Assembly (NCBI GenBank): GCA_030390025.1
Contig: CM059429.1
Location: 137,702,001 to 137,766,000, forward strand
Origin: Squalus acanthias
Taxonomy: Eukaryota
Length of the DNA stretch: 64,000 nt
Reading direction: 5' to 3'
A program made the translations under genes and the position numbers. The notes under the pieces are model-generated. The model saw nothing but the letters and a program-made list of their open reading frames with translations, was not told where the DNA came from and made no database searches. Every line of letters begins with the position of its first letter. Position 1 is the stretch's first letter. Below, in pieces: positions 49,425 through 60,996 of the stretch.

Positions 49425-52400
49425 GTAACACCTGAGGCCACTATGCACCTGTGCTAGACCCTTGGATCAACCGCTGCTGGTTCATGGTCAACTCTGCACT
49501 CACTCTCAGCCCTTTGATTCCAACCTCCAGCAGTGCGCCCACTGATATTCTACCCCTCAAATAGCTCCTGGATCCACACCCTCTCCACAACTGTCTCCAA
49601 ACTTGGGCACTGGTTTGTGGCTGCCCCAAGCTGACTCCTTCCTGTCCTCTGTTTAGGACATGTTTCTTCCAACCTCTGCCATCCCTATTTAATCTGAAAT
49701 CTCTCTATATCCATTTGCTTGTGCATTTTAGCTGCCACTCCTGATCTGAGCCCATTACATCTTTCTCCTTTTTTTTCTCTTGGCCCCATCTCTCCTCTTC
49801 CTTTTAACGAGCCATGCTACCTTCCATTTCTCCCCTCTTGGGCAGTATTCCCCCCATCCCTAATCCAACCCTTCACTACTCTTCATCCTTCCAACTCTCT
49901 TACTGACGTCACAGGGTTGAATCCCTCTTGAATAAGTCCACGTATACCCTCTGTGCCTCTCTTGGCATTCTCGAAGGGCCCACTGAGGCACCTGCCGCTA
50001 CCTCCTTACAAGCACCCCAACTGCCCCATCCTCCTTTCTCACGGACACTCTGCCAATCTTCTTCCTGTCGAGCTCACCCCACATCACTGCCTTTTGGACT
50101 CTACCATAGGAACAGGAGTCGGCCATTCAGCCCCTCGAGCCTGTTCCACCATTCAATTAGATCATGGCTGATCCAAGGGTCCAGTGCAGGTGCTTAGTGG
50201 CCTCAGGTGTTAGCCGTAAAATAACAGAGCACCAGTGGATCAACTTAACTGCCCTTCTTCGCTTTTTCCTCCAGAATATCTAATCATGTGCAAACAAGGC
50301 CCTTGACATTCACGATGTTATTGTGGACAATTACATTTAATCCTGGCTTTCCAACCAAGATATCCTCCCTCTTTTTTCCCCATAGCCTCTGCACTTATGA
50401 ATCCTCATCCTTGGTCATTTCAATCTTCATCTCAGCTCCCCTTGCCCTCTCTCCTCTGAATGCACTGAGCTCCTGTCCTCCCTAAATCTCTCCATGTAAT
50501 AGCCATTACAGAGACATGGTTGCAAGGTGACCAAGGTTGAGAACTAAATATTGCAGGGTACTTGATGTTTCGAAAAGACAGGCAGTTGGAAAAGGAGGGG
50601 GGTTAGCTCTGATAATAAAGAATGACATAAGGACAGTAGTGAGAAAGGATCTTAGCTCGGAAGATCAGGAATTAGAATCAGTATTGCTTACTGCAATTAT
50701 ATAGGGCCCTGGTGAAACCACACCTGGAGTATTGTGTACAGTTTTGGTCTCCTTACCTAAGGAAGGATATACTTGCCATCGAGGGAGTTCAATGAAGGTT
50801 CACCAGACTGATTCCTGGGAAGGGGGTTTGTCCTATGAGGAGAGATTGAGTAGACTAGGCCTATATTCTCTGGAGTTTAGAAGAATGAGAGGTGATCTCA
50901 TTGAAACATACAAAATTCTTACAGGGCTTGACAGGGGTAGATGCAGGGAGGATGTTTCCCCTGGCTGGGGAGTCTAGAACCAGGGATCACAGTCTCAGAA
51001 TAAGGGGTCGGCCATTTAGGACTGAGGTAAGGAGAAATGTCTTCACTCAGAGGGTGATGAATCTTTAGAATTCTCTACCCCAGAGGGCTGTGGAAGCTCC
51101 GTCAATAGATTTTAACGAGCCATGCTACCTTCCATTTCTCCCCTCTTGGGCAGTATTCCCCCCATCCCTAATCCAACCCTTCACTACTCTTCATCCTTCC
51201 AACTCTCTTACTGACGTAATACTGCCCAAGAGGGGAGAAATGGAAGGTAGCATGGCTCGTTAAAATCTATTTTGGATATTAAGGGAATTAAGGGATATGG
51301 GGATAGTGCAGGAAAGTGGAGTTGAGGTCGAAGATCAGCCATGATCTTATTGAATGGCGGAGCAGGCTCGAGGGGCCAAATGGCCGACTCCTGCTCCTAA
51401 TTCTTATGTTCTTCTGTAAACTGGTTGATCCATATTAACGGCCACCTCCTCGACTTTGCTATCTCTAGTGGCCGCTCTACTCCCTTGGTCTCGATCACAG
51501 ACAAGGCCATCCTTGATCACTTCTTTGTTTCCCCCATTACCCAAATTCCCCTATCCCTTTCAACCCCACTTCTATTTGCATCCATCGCTGGAAAATCTCT
51601 CCCCAAATCACTTACAACTGCACTCTGAAACTCCCAACTGCTTATACTTTGGCCCTTGATTTGCAACGATACTTCTGTAGCTGTCAATCTGATCAACCAA
51701 TCCCTGACCTCCACTTTTGATGCCCTTATCCCCAGCAAAGCCTTTACTCTCTCTCATTGTGGTCATTCCACCCCGGCCTAGACCTGAACCCTAGCCTTTC
51801 CCTAGTTTCAATCCAATCACCCCTTATACCATCCCCAAGATTATCTTGTCCATGAGACCCACCTCCTGCTCCCTTGGCCCCATTCCCATTAAACTGCAGA
51901 CCACCCAACTTCCTCTCTGGCCCCTATGTTAGTTGACATTGTAAATGGTTTCTATCCTCTCCTTGTACTGTCCCCTCCCTTTGAAACCACCATCATCACC
52001 CCGTTTGTCAAAAAACCTACCTTGATCTTTCTGTTTTTGCAAACTACCACCCCATCTCCAACCTTCCTTTCCTCTCACAAGTCCTTGAGCATGTTGTCAC
52101 CTCCCAAATCTGTGCCCATCTTTCCCACAATTCCATATTTCAATCTCTCCAATCAGGTTTCTGACACTGCCACAGCACCAAAACAGGCCTAACTAGTTAT
52201 AAATGACTTATTCTGTGACTGTGACCATGGTGCATTATTCCTCTTCATCGTCCTCAACCTCTCTGCAGCCTTTGAAATGATCGACCACACCATTCTCCTC
52301 CAATGCCTCTCCTCCACTGTCCAGCTCAGTGTGGCTGTCCTTGGTTGGTTCCAATTATAGTCCGAGCATTTCCAGCAATAGCTCTTTTCCCGCCCTGCAC

Positions 52401-53390
52401 CACGACCTCCGGAGTCCCCCAAGGATTTTATTCTTGGCTCCCTCATTTACACGATGCTGCTTGGCTACATTGTCTGCAGACATGGAGTCAGGCTCCATAT
52501 TTATGCTGATGACACCTAGTTGTTCCTCTCCGCACCATCTCTCTCTATCCTTTTTTTGTCTCTGTGCTGTCAGACTGTTTGTCTGACAACCAATCTTGAA
52601 TGAGCTGCAATGTCCCCTAGTTAAACAATTGGAAGACTGAAGCCATCATCCTCAACCCCTGTCACAAATCCTGTACCTTTGCCATCGATTCCATCCCCAT
52701 TCATCATCTCAGGCTGAACCAGACTGTTTGCAATGTTGGCATCTTATCACACCACAAGCTAAGCTTCTGACCACATATCCTCTTTGTCACAAAGAGCACT
52801 TCCTTCCACCTCCAGAGCACTGCTGACCTCCACCCTTACATCAATCTATTTGCTGCTGAAACTCTCATCCATGACTTTGTCACCTCGATGTTTCCAATGC
52901 TCTACTAACCTGTCTCCCGTCCTCCACTCTCGGTAACCATCAGCTCATCCAAAACAGTGCTGCCCATATCCTATCCCAGACCCCTGTACTTGCTGTCCTA
53001 CATTGGTCCCTCGTTACCCAATGCCTGCATTTTAAAATTCTCATCCTCATGTTTAAATCCCTTTATGGCCTTGCCTCTCCCTATTTACATAACCTACTGC
53101 AGCCCTCCAACACCCCCCCCCCACCCCCGAGTTCCCAGTTCCTCTGAATCTGGCCTATTATGCAATCCCCCCCCCACCCTATTCACCCCACATTGATGGT
53201 CATGCCTTTAGTTGCCTGTCTAACCCCCTCAGCCTCTCTACCTCCCTTTCCTCCTTTAAGACTCTCCTTAAAACTCACCTCTTTGACCAAACTTTTGGTC
53301 ACCCTCCTAATATCTGCTCCTTTGGCTTCTCATCCATTTATTTCTGATTATGCCTCAGTAAAGCTGCTATGTAAATGAAACTTATTGCTG
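49425..53390 (+). mobile_element. Rearranged L2 LINE with nested CR1 pieces (50104-50172 minus, ~50505-51413 plus)
   Basis: L2 motifs (HINGHLLDFAIS, ILDHF, SGVPQG, YADDT) colinear from ~50270 to 53390. The CR1 segment has RRMRGDLIETYK and the CR1 tail. Confidence 0.75.
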
Positions 53391-53546
53391 CTGTTTATTT
53401 CCAGAATATTTACAGAAGATAAAACAGAGATAAGGTTAACACCATTTATGATCGTTCAAAGCACTTGCTACTGTCAACACATTTTCCTTTATTATTCTCC
53501 TCCATATGGAAAACAGCCAGTCCTGGATAGCCAGGATACATACCGT

Positions 53547-54060
53547 ACACTCTCCATAAACTTGAGCTCATCCAAAACTCTGCTCCCGTATCCTAACTCG
53601 CACCAAGTCCCGTTCACCCATCACCCCTACGCTTGCTGACATACATTGGCTCCTAGTCTGACAGCATCTCGATTTTAAAATTCTCATCCTTGTTTTCAAA
53701 TCCCTCCATGTCCTCGCCCCTCCGTAACCTCCTCCAGCCCCCAACCCTCCGAGATCTCTGCGCTCCTCCAATTCTGGCCTCTTGCACATCCCCGATTTTA
53801 ATCGCTCCACCATTGGTGGCTGTGCCTTCAGCTGCCTGGACCCTAAGCTCTGGAATTCCCTCCCTAAAACTCTCCACCTCTCTCTCCTCCTTTAAGATGC
53901 CCCTTAAAACCTACCTCTTTGATCAAGCTTTTAGTCACCTGTCCTAATATCTCCTTTTGTGGCTTGGTGTCAAATGTTGTTTGATAATACTCCTGTGAAG
54001 CACCTTGGAATGTTTTACTATGTTAAAGGTGCTATATAAATACAAGTTGTTGTTGTTCTT
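53547..54060 (+). mobile_element. L2 LINE 3' fragment ending ~45 bp before the gene B C2 exon
   Basis: Matches 14230-14760 and has a (GTT)n tail. Other L2 3' pieces lie at 56550-56775 (minus), 57300-57930 (plus) and 6700-6860 (minus). Confidence 0.9.
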
Positions 54061-54105
54061 GTTGTAGATTACTTGTTTAATATGTAAAATTTCTTTTTCT
54101 TTCAG

Positions 54106-54348
54106 TGAAAGTCTCAAAGCCAGTCTTGGAAAGTAGATGTAACTCTCAAAAAGTCAACATAACCTGTAAGGTGGAGAATGGAACAGAAGTCACCCTGAAA
54201 TTACTTGGTGACTCACTGAATGAATCAGTCAAAGGCCGATATTTAAACAAGGCATATTCCTTCACAAAGACCAGAGTTAAGAAGTATAAATGTAGTGCTA
54301 GCAACCACATTAGTGAAAGCGAGACTTCAAGTGAGGTTAACTGTGCAG
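54106..54348 (+). CDS. Gene B IgC2 exon
   Basis: Acceptor ttctttttctttcag|, donor CAG|GTAAAT, 243 nt: VKVSKPVLESRCNSQKVNITCKVENGTEV...KYKCSASNHISESETSSEVNCA. Strongly resembles CD2 domain 2 (VSKP..C...LTCEVxNGT...FKCTAxNxVS...VSC). Confidence 0.93.
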
Positions 54349-55883
54349 GTAAATGCAGATTGATATTTTATAGTGACAGCAAGTTTGTTCTTATATTGTC
54401 TTTGTGATTATTGTCTGATAATGGAAAATTGAAAGAACTGACTTCTATGCATTAAACTTCACTTGATTATTACAGAAGTGAGCTAATCTGGAATGGTTCC
54501 TTATCAGTAAATCCAGATTAAATTGATTTCATAATCTTCCAAATAAGTAACTCCAGACTGAATTGGAAATACATCCCAATGAGTAACTCCAGATTGAGTT
54601 GATCTGAAATTTATCTTATTAAATCTAGATTAAATTGATCTGAAAGTCCTGATCAATTATTTCGGGGTAGATTTTCAATTTACTGCCCCGGTGTAAAATT
54701 GACGTTGATGATCGGCCGCTCGGTATAGGATCCGCCTAACTTCTGTTTCCATTGATTTAATTGGAAATGGAAATCGAGCAGTTTCCATCATGGGTGGCCG
54801 GTTTTCAGCCTGAAAATCAATCAAAATTCCATTTCAAATCCCTGGTCAAATAACCTGTTGTCAATAAAGAAATACAGTTCACAATTCTCACATTGGGGTT
54901 TGGATCGAATTAATTAGTAAGTGTCCTTTGCAGCTTTCAATCTACATTGGTTTGATATCAAAATTCATATAGAATTTTGACTTTGTAAATTGTTTTTTTG
55001 CTTTCCCAGCCTGTTTCTCCTTAGTTTATCTTACACCATTCACCGTACCTTCCTGATGGAGAGGGCAGGGCCCTTTCCTGTGGTGAACGATGGGCATACT
55101 ATCATCACTCACCGGGGTTGATTTTGACTTTGGCCGTTCCAGCGGCAAAGAATCTGCTGTGATTTTTGTGCCCCGGGCCTCATTTGAATTTGGCAGGCGA
55201 GCTGCAGATGCCAAACATGCGTCTTGATGCAGCTCGCCGCTCTCCCACCTCAGGAATGTCGGCTTGCTAACGATGCCGGCAGAGTAAGTGCGCGGAGTGG
55301 GGTGGGGCACGATACCATGGCGGGGCGAGGACAGGCCTGCAGTATTTTTGTGGAGCCAGGAGGAGAACTCCTGCTTCTTCCAGTGGAGCATTCACATCAC
55401 AAGCTCTGGGCACGTGCCCCTTAAAATTGTAATAAGGTTCCGAACAACATCATTAGGACCCTGATTTGCATAGGAAAGAGGCCTACCGCTTGTTTCAGGC
55501 AGGCGCTTCAGCTGCCCAGCAGTAGGCCTTGGTGAAAGTTGCATCGGGCTGCTCGTTGGGGGTTAACAGGACAGTACAGCTACCGACCCCAGTTTTAGGC
55601 CCTTACTACTCTGTTAACACTGATTGTCCCAAGTAAAAATGGGAACCATTGGTACTGTACGTTAGAAGAAGAACAAGCCATTTCATACATTTTTAATGTT
55701 GATTATAACACAGTGAATAATTCCTATATTAACAATATATTGTCTAAATGAAAACATTCATTACAATTTCACATCTTAATCTTATTGCAATTCTGATATT
55801 TCTGTCCTGGGATACTTATTGTTAAATTTGCACTGTGTGGCTTTGCGGGCATTATTCATATTTTCATTCTTTTATTTTTACAG

Positions 55884-56018
55884 ATGATAAATCTCTATTC
55901 GTTCGTTATAGTAACATTATGATAATAGCAGGAGCAGTGGCGCTGGTAATCATCTTATCAATCCCAGTGATTTATTGCATTCGAAGACGCACTCATCGGC
56001 AAATGCAGAGGGAAGATG
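55884..56018 (+). CDS. Gene B transmembrane exon
   Basis: Acceptor ttttatttttacag|, donor G|GTAAGT, 135 nt: DDKSLFVRYSNIMIIAGAVALVIILSIPVIYCIRRRTHRQMQRED. Uncharged TM with a basic stop-transfer segment, open to the donor, so at least one more cytoplasmic exon must follow. Confidence 0.92.
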
Positions 56019-58499
56019 GTAAGTAATATTATGGCTTCCGTTAGGACCAAATATGTACAAATTACCTAGAAAACTGGCAAATGTTGACTAACTTCTTCAA
56101 AAAAACTGCTACAGCTCCAAAAAAGCCCTGAATATAACACCTCATCACACAGAGAATGGGACATGGGCCTGTAACTTAAGCTGTAAGTAGGCAAGTGGTG
56201 TTTATTCCGTGTTCTGCCACACTCTGGACTTGAGATTTGTAGATGGTGGGGTCGCTTTGAGGTCAGGTGATGAGCCACCCATCTCAGAATACCCAGCCTC
56301 TGCCCTGAGGAATTTGTGCAGTAATGTCCTGGGGTTGTGATGATTGTCATTCGACACCCACGACAGACTTCCTGTTTGTCAGGTATGATTAGAGCTACTG
56401 GAGGGTTTTCCTTTTGACCCCATTTTGTGCCATATTTGGTCGAATGCTGCCTTGGCGTTTAGGGCAGTTAGCTACTCACACCTGTTGCCACTGAATTGAA
56501 TAGCTTGGCTCCTCCTCCCAATAACTGCCTAGTTCATCGTTGCAACAATATAACAACAACAACTTGTATTTATATAGCGCTTTTAACGTAGTAAAACGTC
56601 CCAAGGTGCTTCACAGGAGTATTATAAGACAAAAAAATGTGACACCGAGCCACATAAGGAGAAATTAGGGCAGGTGACCAAAAGCTTGGTCAAAGAGGTA
56701 GGTTTTAAGGAGCATCTTAAAGGAGGAAAGAGAGGTAGCGAGGCGGCGAGGTTTAGGCAGGGAATTCCAGAGCTATTGAATTAAGCTGGGATTTCTATCA
56801 GTAAAGTTGGTTTTTAACGCCCTATATGAAATGACAGAATTAAAGAAGCCAATACTAAGCTAAATTACAGACAGACATGCTTCATTTTGTCACATGCAGC
56901 ATTTCCTATGCAGCTCCTGCCATATCTCAAATCCATGGTTCCTGTATCATGAACAATTTGGGGTCCTGGGGGACATCACTGCTTACCTGAATGTGGAGCC
57001 AGGAGGGACAGCAGTACTCCTCCTGGCTCCATATTAAAACTACAGTCCGCTGCTGGCCCATGCTTGTCCCCCTCCCGATTGCCTCCCTGCTCTTCCCGGA
57101 CTTACCTTCTCCCCTCAGCCAGTAACCGAACTCCCTTCCCCTCACAACCGGCGAGCTGCCTCTAGGGCTGCAACTGGCTCCCGCAGCTCATCGGTAATAA
57201 ACAAATGAGGCTGGAGGACCAATTTTGTGTGGTTCTGCTGCCGGTCTTTTTAGACACGTGCACCCGGATCGTACCCGAATTTGGGAACGATCACATTTCT
57301 AGGCCATCCTCTCCATCACAAAGGTCGCCTATTTCCACCTCCATAACATCGCCTGTCTCAGGTCCTGGCTCAGCCTTTGTCACTTTCAGACTCAATTATT
57401 TCAATGCTCTCCTGGCTCACCTCCCATCCTCCACGCTCCATAAACTTCAACTGATCCAAAACTGTTGTCCGCATCCTAACCCACATCAATTACTACTCAC
57501 CCAGCACCATTGTGCTCACTGACCTACGTTGGCTCCTGGTCCCCCAACACCTCCAATTTAAAATTCTCATTCCCTCCACGTCCTCGCCCCTACCTATCTC
57601 GGTTTCCTCCTCCAACCCTTCAACCCTCCGAGAACTCTGCATTCCTCCAACTCTGGCCTCTTGTGCAAACCCCCCCACCCCCCGCCATTGGCCGCCATGC
57701 CTTCAGCCATCTAGGGTCTAAGCACTGAAATTCCCTCCCTAACCCTCTCTACCTCTCCACCACTCTTCCCTCTTTTAAAACCCTCCTTAAAACCTACCAC
57801 TTTAGTCACCATTCCCAATATCTCCTTCTTTGACTCGGTGGCAATTTTTGTCTGATGATACTTCTGTGAAGCTTCTTGGGACTTTTTTTCTATGTTAAAG
57901 GTACTATATAAATACAAGTTGTTGTTGTTATTGTATGTGCAGTGGTAGTTATAGAAAGAATTAGAGCAGTGGTTTCAGAGCTGGAGACTGATCTGCCTAC
58001 ATCAGGAAAACATGCAAATTCTGACTAAATGTGAAAGTAAATGTTAAGTACTAACAAGAAGCACATTTCCATAACTTCACCACAAAGAACAGCAAAAGTT
58101 TCCAATTTGTATGAAACATGTAATAAACATTTATTTTTTTAAATCCATCTGGTGTGAAGAGCAATTAAATTGAGATTTACTAAACCATTTTTCCTTTTGC
58201 TTTTTTAAAAATCTGCTTTTACCATTTACTTATTTTCCTCTAGTTAGCCGTTCCATAATTATTTTCCTTGATAGAGCCATTTTTGTTGTCAAAGAAGGTA
58301 ATGTAGATTTTCCAACTAGATTCAAACTCAGCTGGAAGTGGAGCGGTGCAGAAAGAGCACCTTTAGTGCTTTTAGTGAGCTGAAGCAGATGTTGTTTTTG
58401 TACATTGACTTCAATGGAAAGGAAAATTGGGCGGGGTTTAAAACAGGGGGCTGACCCACTGCTGCCCATTTAGTTAAAATTGACCCGACAATTTTCAGG

Positions 58500-59095
58500 T
58501 CAGAGAGATTATTGTCATAGGCGGTTCTTTCCTCAGGATAGTCATAAGTATCACAAGGACAATACCTAAAGAATGGTGAGCAGTCCACATTGAGGAATGG
58601 TTAGAAAGGATACTGAAGGGGACAGCTAGGAACCTAGAGGTATTTGTCCACGTAGGGATAAGTGGCATAAGGAGAAATAATATACAAAAGCCACAACTCA
58701 AAACTCAAAGATAGAGGATATAAAGTAAAGTTATCTGTTGTATACTTCCAGTATTTGGCATAGGAGAGGAGTTCACTAAAAGAATTGAGGAGGTAAATGA
58801 ATGTCCAACAGCACGGTGTGAGGACAGCAATCCTACCTTCATGAATAACTGTGAATTCTCCTAGAATAAGAAGGACTGGTACAGGAGAGACAGGCTACAC
58901 TTCAACCAAGTAGTGAGAAAAAACTTGTGAAGCATCAATAGAAAATCATTTAAACTAGACCGATTGTGGGGGTGGGGGGGAAAGTAATAACAAAATACAT
59001 CATAGGGTAGAAGACAGTAAGTGATGGGTAGAAACTCAGAGAGACACACATGAACCAGAGACCAGGAATAGAAAAACTCAAGTGGTTTAGACTCA
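58500..59095 (+). mobile_element. Decayed CR1 ORF1 (SGNH esterase region)
   Basis: Fragments VIGGSFLR, EVFVHVG and YRRDRLHFN match the GDS / VHVG.ND / DGLHLN blocks of the CR1 ORF1 esterase. Confidence 0.55.
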
Positions 59096-59096
59096 G

Positions 59097-59620
59097 AGGC
59101 TGCGATTTTGCTCACCTCGGTGGGTCCGTGGCGGGCGACGTCGGTGACGGGTCCAGACCCCGCTGCTGGCTCCAGCCCATTGCCCAAAATGAATTTCCCT
59201 TGTTTGGGCTTGTTAAGCCCACCCAGCGCATTTCCCGGCCAATTAGAGGAAGTGGGTCTGGTGACCTCATTTGATGACGCGTCATCAGCCGGTTTCCTTA
59301 AAGGGACCATGTCCAAATTTATTTTGACATTTGCGCTGTCAGTGTTCTACAGCATTGAGGTGCTGCAAACACTGACAATGACTGCAAAATGGCACAGGGC
59401 TGCACCCAGGCTCTCCCATGACTTCCTCCATATGCTTATAGAGGGAGTCACAGCAAGCAGAGAGGTCTTCTTCCCTTCCCATGGGCGGAAGAGGCCTCCC
59501 CAGGAGATCAACACAGCCTGGATGCACATTGCACAGGAGGGCACAAGCAGGGTTGTGGTCAGGAGGACCTGGGTGCAGTGGCCAAATGTTTCAATGATCT
59601 CAGTAGATTGAAAATTATGA
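59097..59620 (+). mobile_element. Harbinger-type transposon 5' end with Myb/SANT-like DNA-binding domain fragment
   Basis: Terminus GGCTGCGATTTTG. The frame reads RAAPRLSHDFLHMLIEGVTASREVFFP..RKRP..TAWMHIAQE..RRTWVQ, the trihelix Myb/SANT pattern of Harbinger ORF2. Confidence 0.7.
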
Positions 59621-60045
59621 ATGGCAATGTTCTAAAAGAAAGCTTTTCGAGAAATAAGGCAGGATACATGGTGCAATGAGACATCAGTGATCCAGCAAAG
59701 TAGTCTCCTTGTTACAATATAGCTTTGTTTCTATCATACTCAATCTGCTAATAACATCTACCAATGTCCAAAAATATAATGAAAATGAAAAAAAACATTA
59801 AATGAACATATTAAACATTGAGAAAAAAAAGTGGTTTTCATGAAGGAGGAATTATATAGCTTTGAAAAAGCAGATGGTAGAAGCAGTTTTCACTGAAAGT
59901 GATATATGCTCTTACAAAGGCTATAAAACTCCTGTTTATATCATATTTCATCAGTAGAATGTGCGTTTCATACAACACTCATTTTATTATAACGTAATGG
60001 TTTATTAATCTATAGGTAATCCTGAGTTATATTCCGGTGTTGTAA

Positions 60046-60474
60046 GGGAAACACGGTGGCATAGTGGTTAGCACTGGTGCCTCACAGCGCCAGAGACCCG
60101 GGTTCGAATCTGACCTCGGGTGACTGTCTGTGTGGAGTTTGCACATTCTCCCCGTGTCTGTGTGGGTTTCCTCCGGGTGCTCTGGTTTCCTCCCACAGTC
60201 CAAAAATGTGTGGGTTAGGTTGATTTGGCTATGATAAATTGACCCTTAGTGTTAGGGGGGGGGATTAAATATGTGGGGTTATGGGGATAGGATGGGATAT
60301 GTCAGGGGGAATTAAATACGTGGGGTTACGGGGCTAGGGTGGGATATGTGTACTGTGGGGATTAAAGCAGGGACAGGGTACTGGATTTGAATGATCAGCC
60401 ATGATCGTATTGAATGGTAGAGCAGGCTCGACGGGCCGAATGGCCTACTCCTGCTCCTAGATTCTATGTTTCTA
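60046..60474 (+). mobile_element. V-SINE (HE1-like), near-identical to 7552-7986
   Basis: A box TGGCATAGTGG, B box GGTTCGAATC, V-domain and CR1-type tail. Confidence 0.92.
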
Positions 60475-60996
60475 ATACATACATTCAGAGCTGATATCGA
60501 ATGCCTTTATGAGCCTGCACTGAGGTCTGGGGATATAAGAGTCAGACTGACTACTGATTCACTTTTAAACATAAAAAAATGGTTTACCAAAGAATACAGT
60601 GGATACTAATTGCAACAGCAGTCTACTAGTCTCATTTACCTTCTCAATTCAGGCAAGCTTTTGCTGTACCCTTTGTCTGCACTTACCATATCCATTTCTG
60701 CTTTTTTTGTTATCAAGATCAAATAAAGCACAAGCAATTGGATAGAAACAGCAATTTATTGAGAAAGAGGAAACTCAGGTTATTTATAAACTGTTACAGA
60801 TGCGGCCACATGCCATAGTGCTAACTGCTCAACCTGAATGCTCAATACTGAAAGAAAGCTATTATTAATGGTCCTAACCAGGCTCCACTTTGTATACAGT
60901 CATACACAGTACATCCAAAATAGGCAGCTGCACATTGCTGAACCTGCTATTAATTATAAATAATGTGAAAAGAGAGAATCCGCCAGAGGAAATAAC

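Noticed and set aside
3824-56018. Assigning gene symbols CD58 and CD2, or calling the pair an activating/inhibitory paired receptor
   Set aside because: Family membership is clear, but orthology needs phylogeny and synteny. Neither TM has a charged residue, and no ITIM/ITSM or proline-rich tail is confirmed in the window.
58244-58297. Possible small cytoplasmic exon of gene B (acceptors at 58243 or 58274, donor AAG|GTAATG)
   Set aside because: The translations (VSRSIIIFLDRAIFVVKE or EPFLLSKK) show no recognisable CD2/SLAM tail motif and have no counterpart in gene A, so it cannot be supported without transcripts.
59108-59611. 167-aa ORF as a host MSANTD/NAIF1-like gene
   Set aside because: It begins inside a transposon terminus, frameshifts within the last helix and is nested next to a CR1 remnant, so it is a Harbinger fragment.
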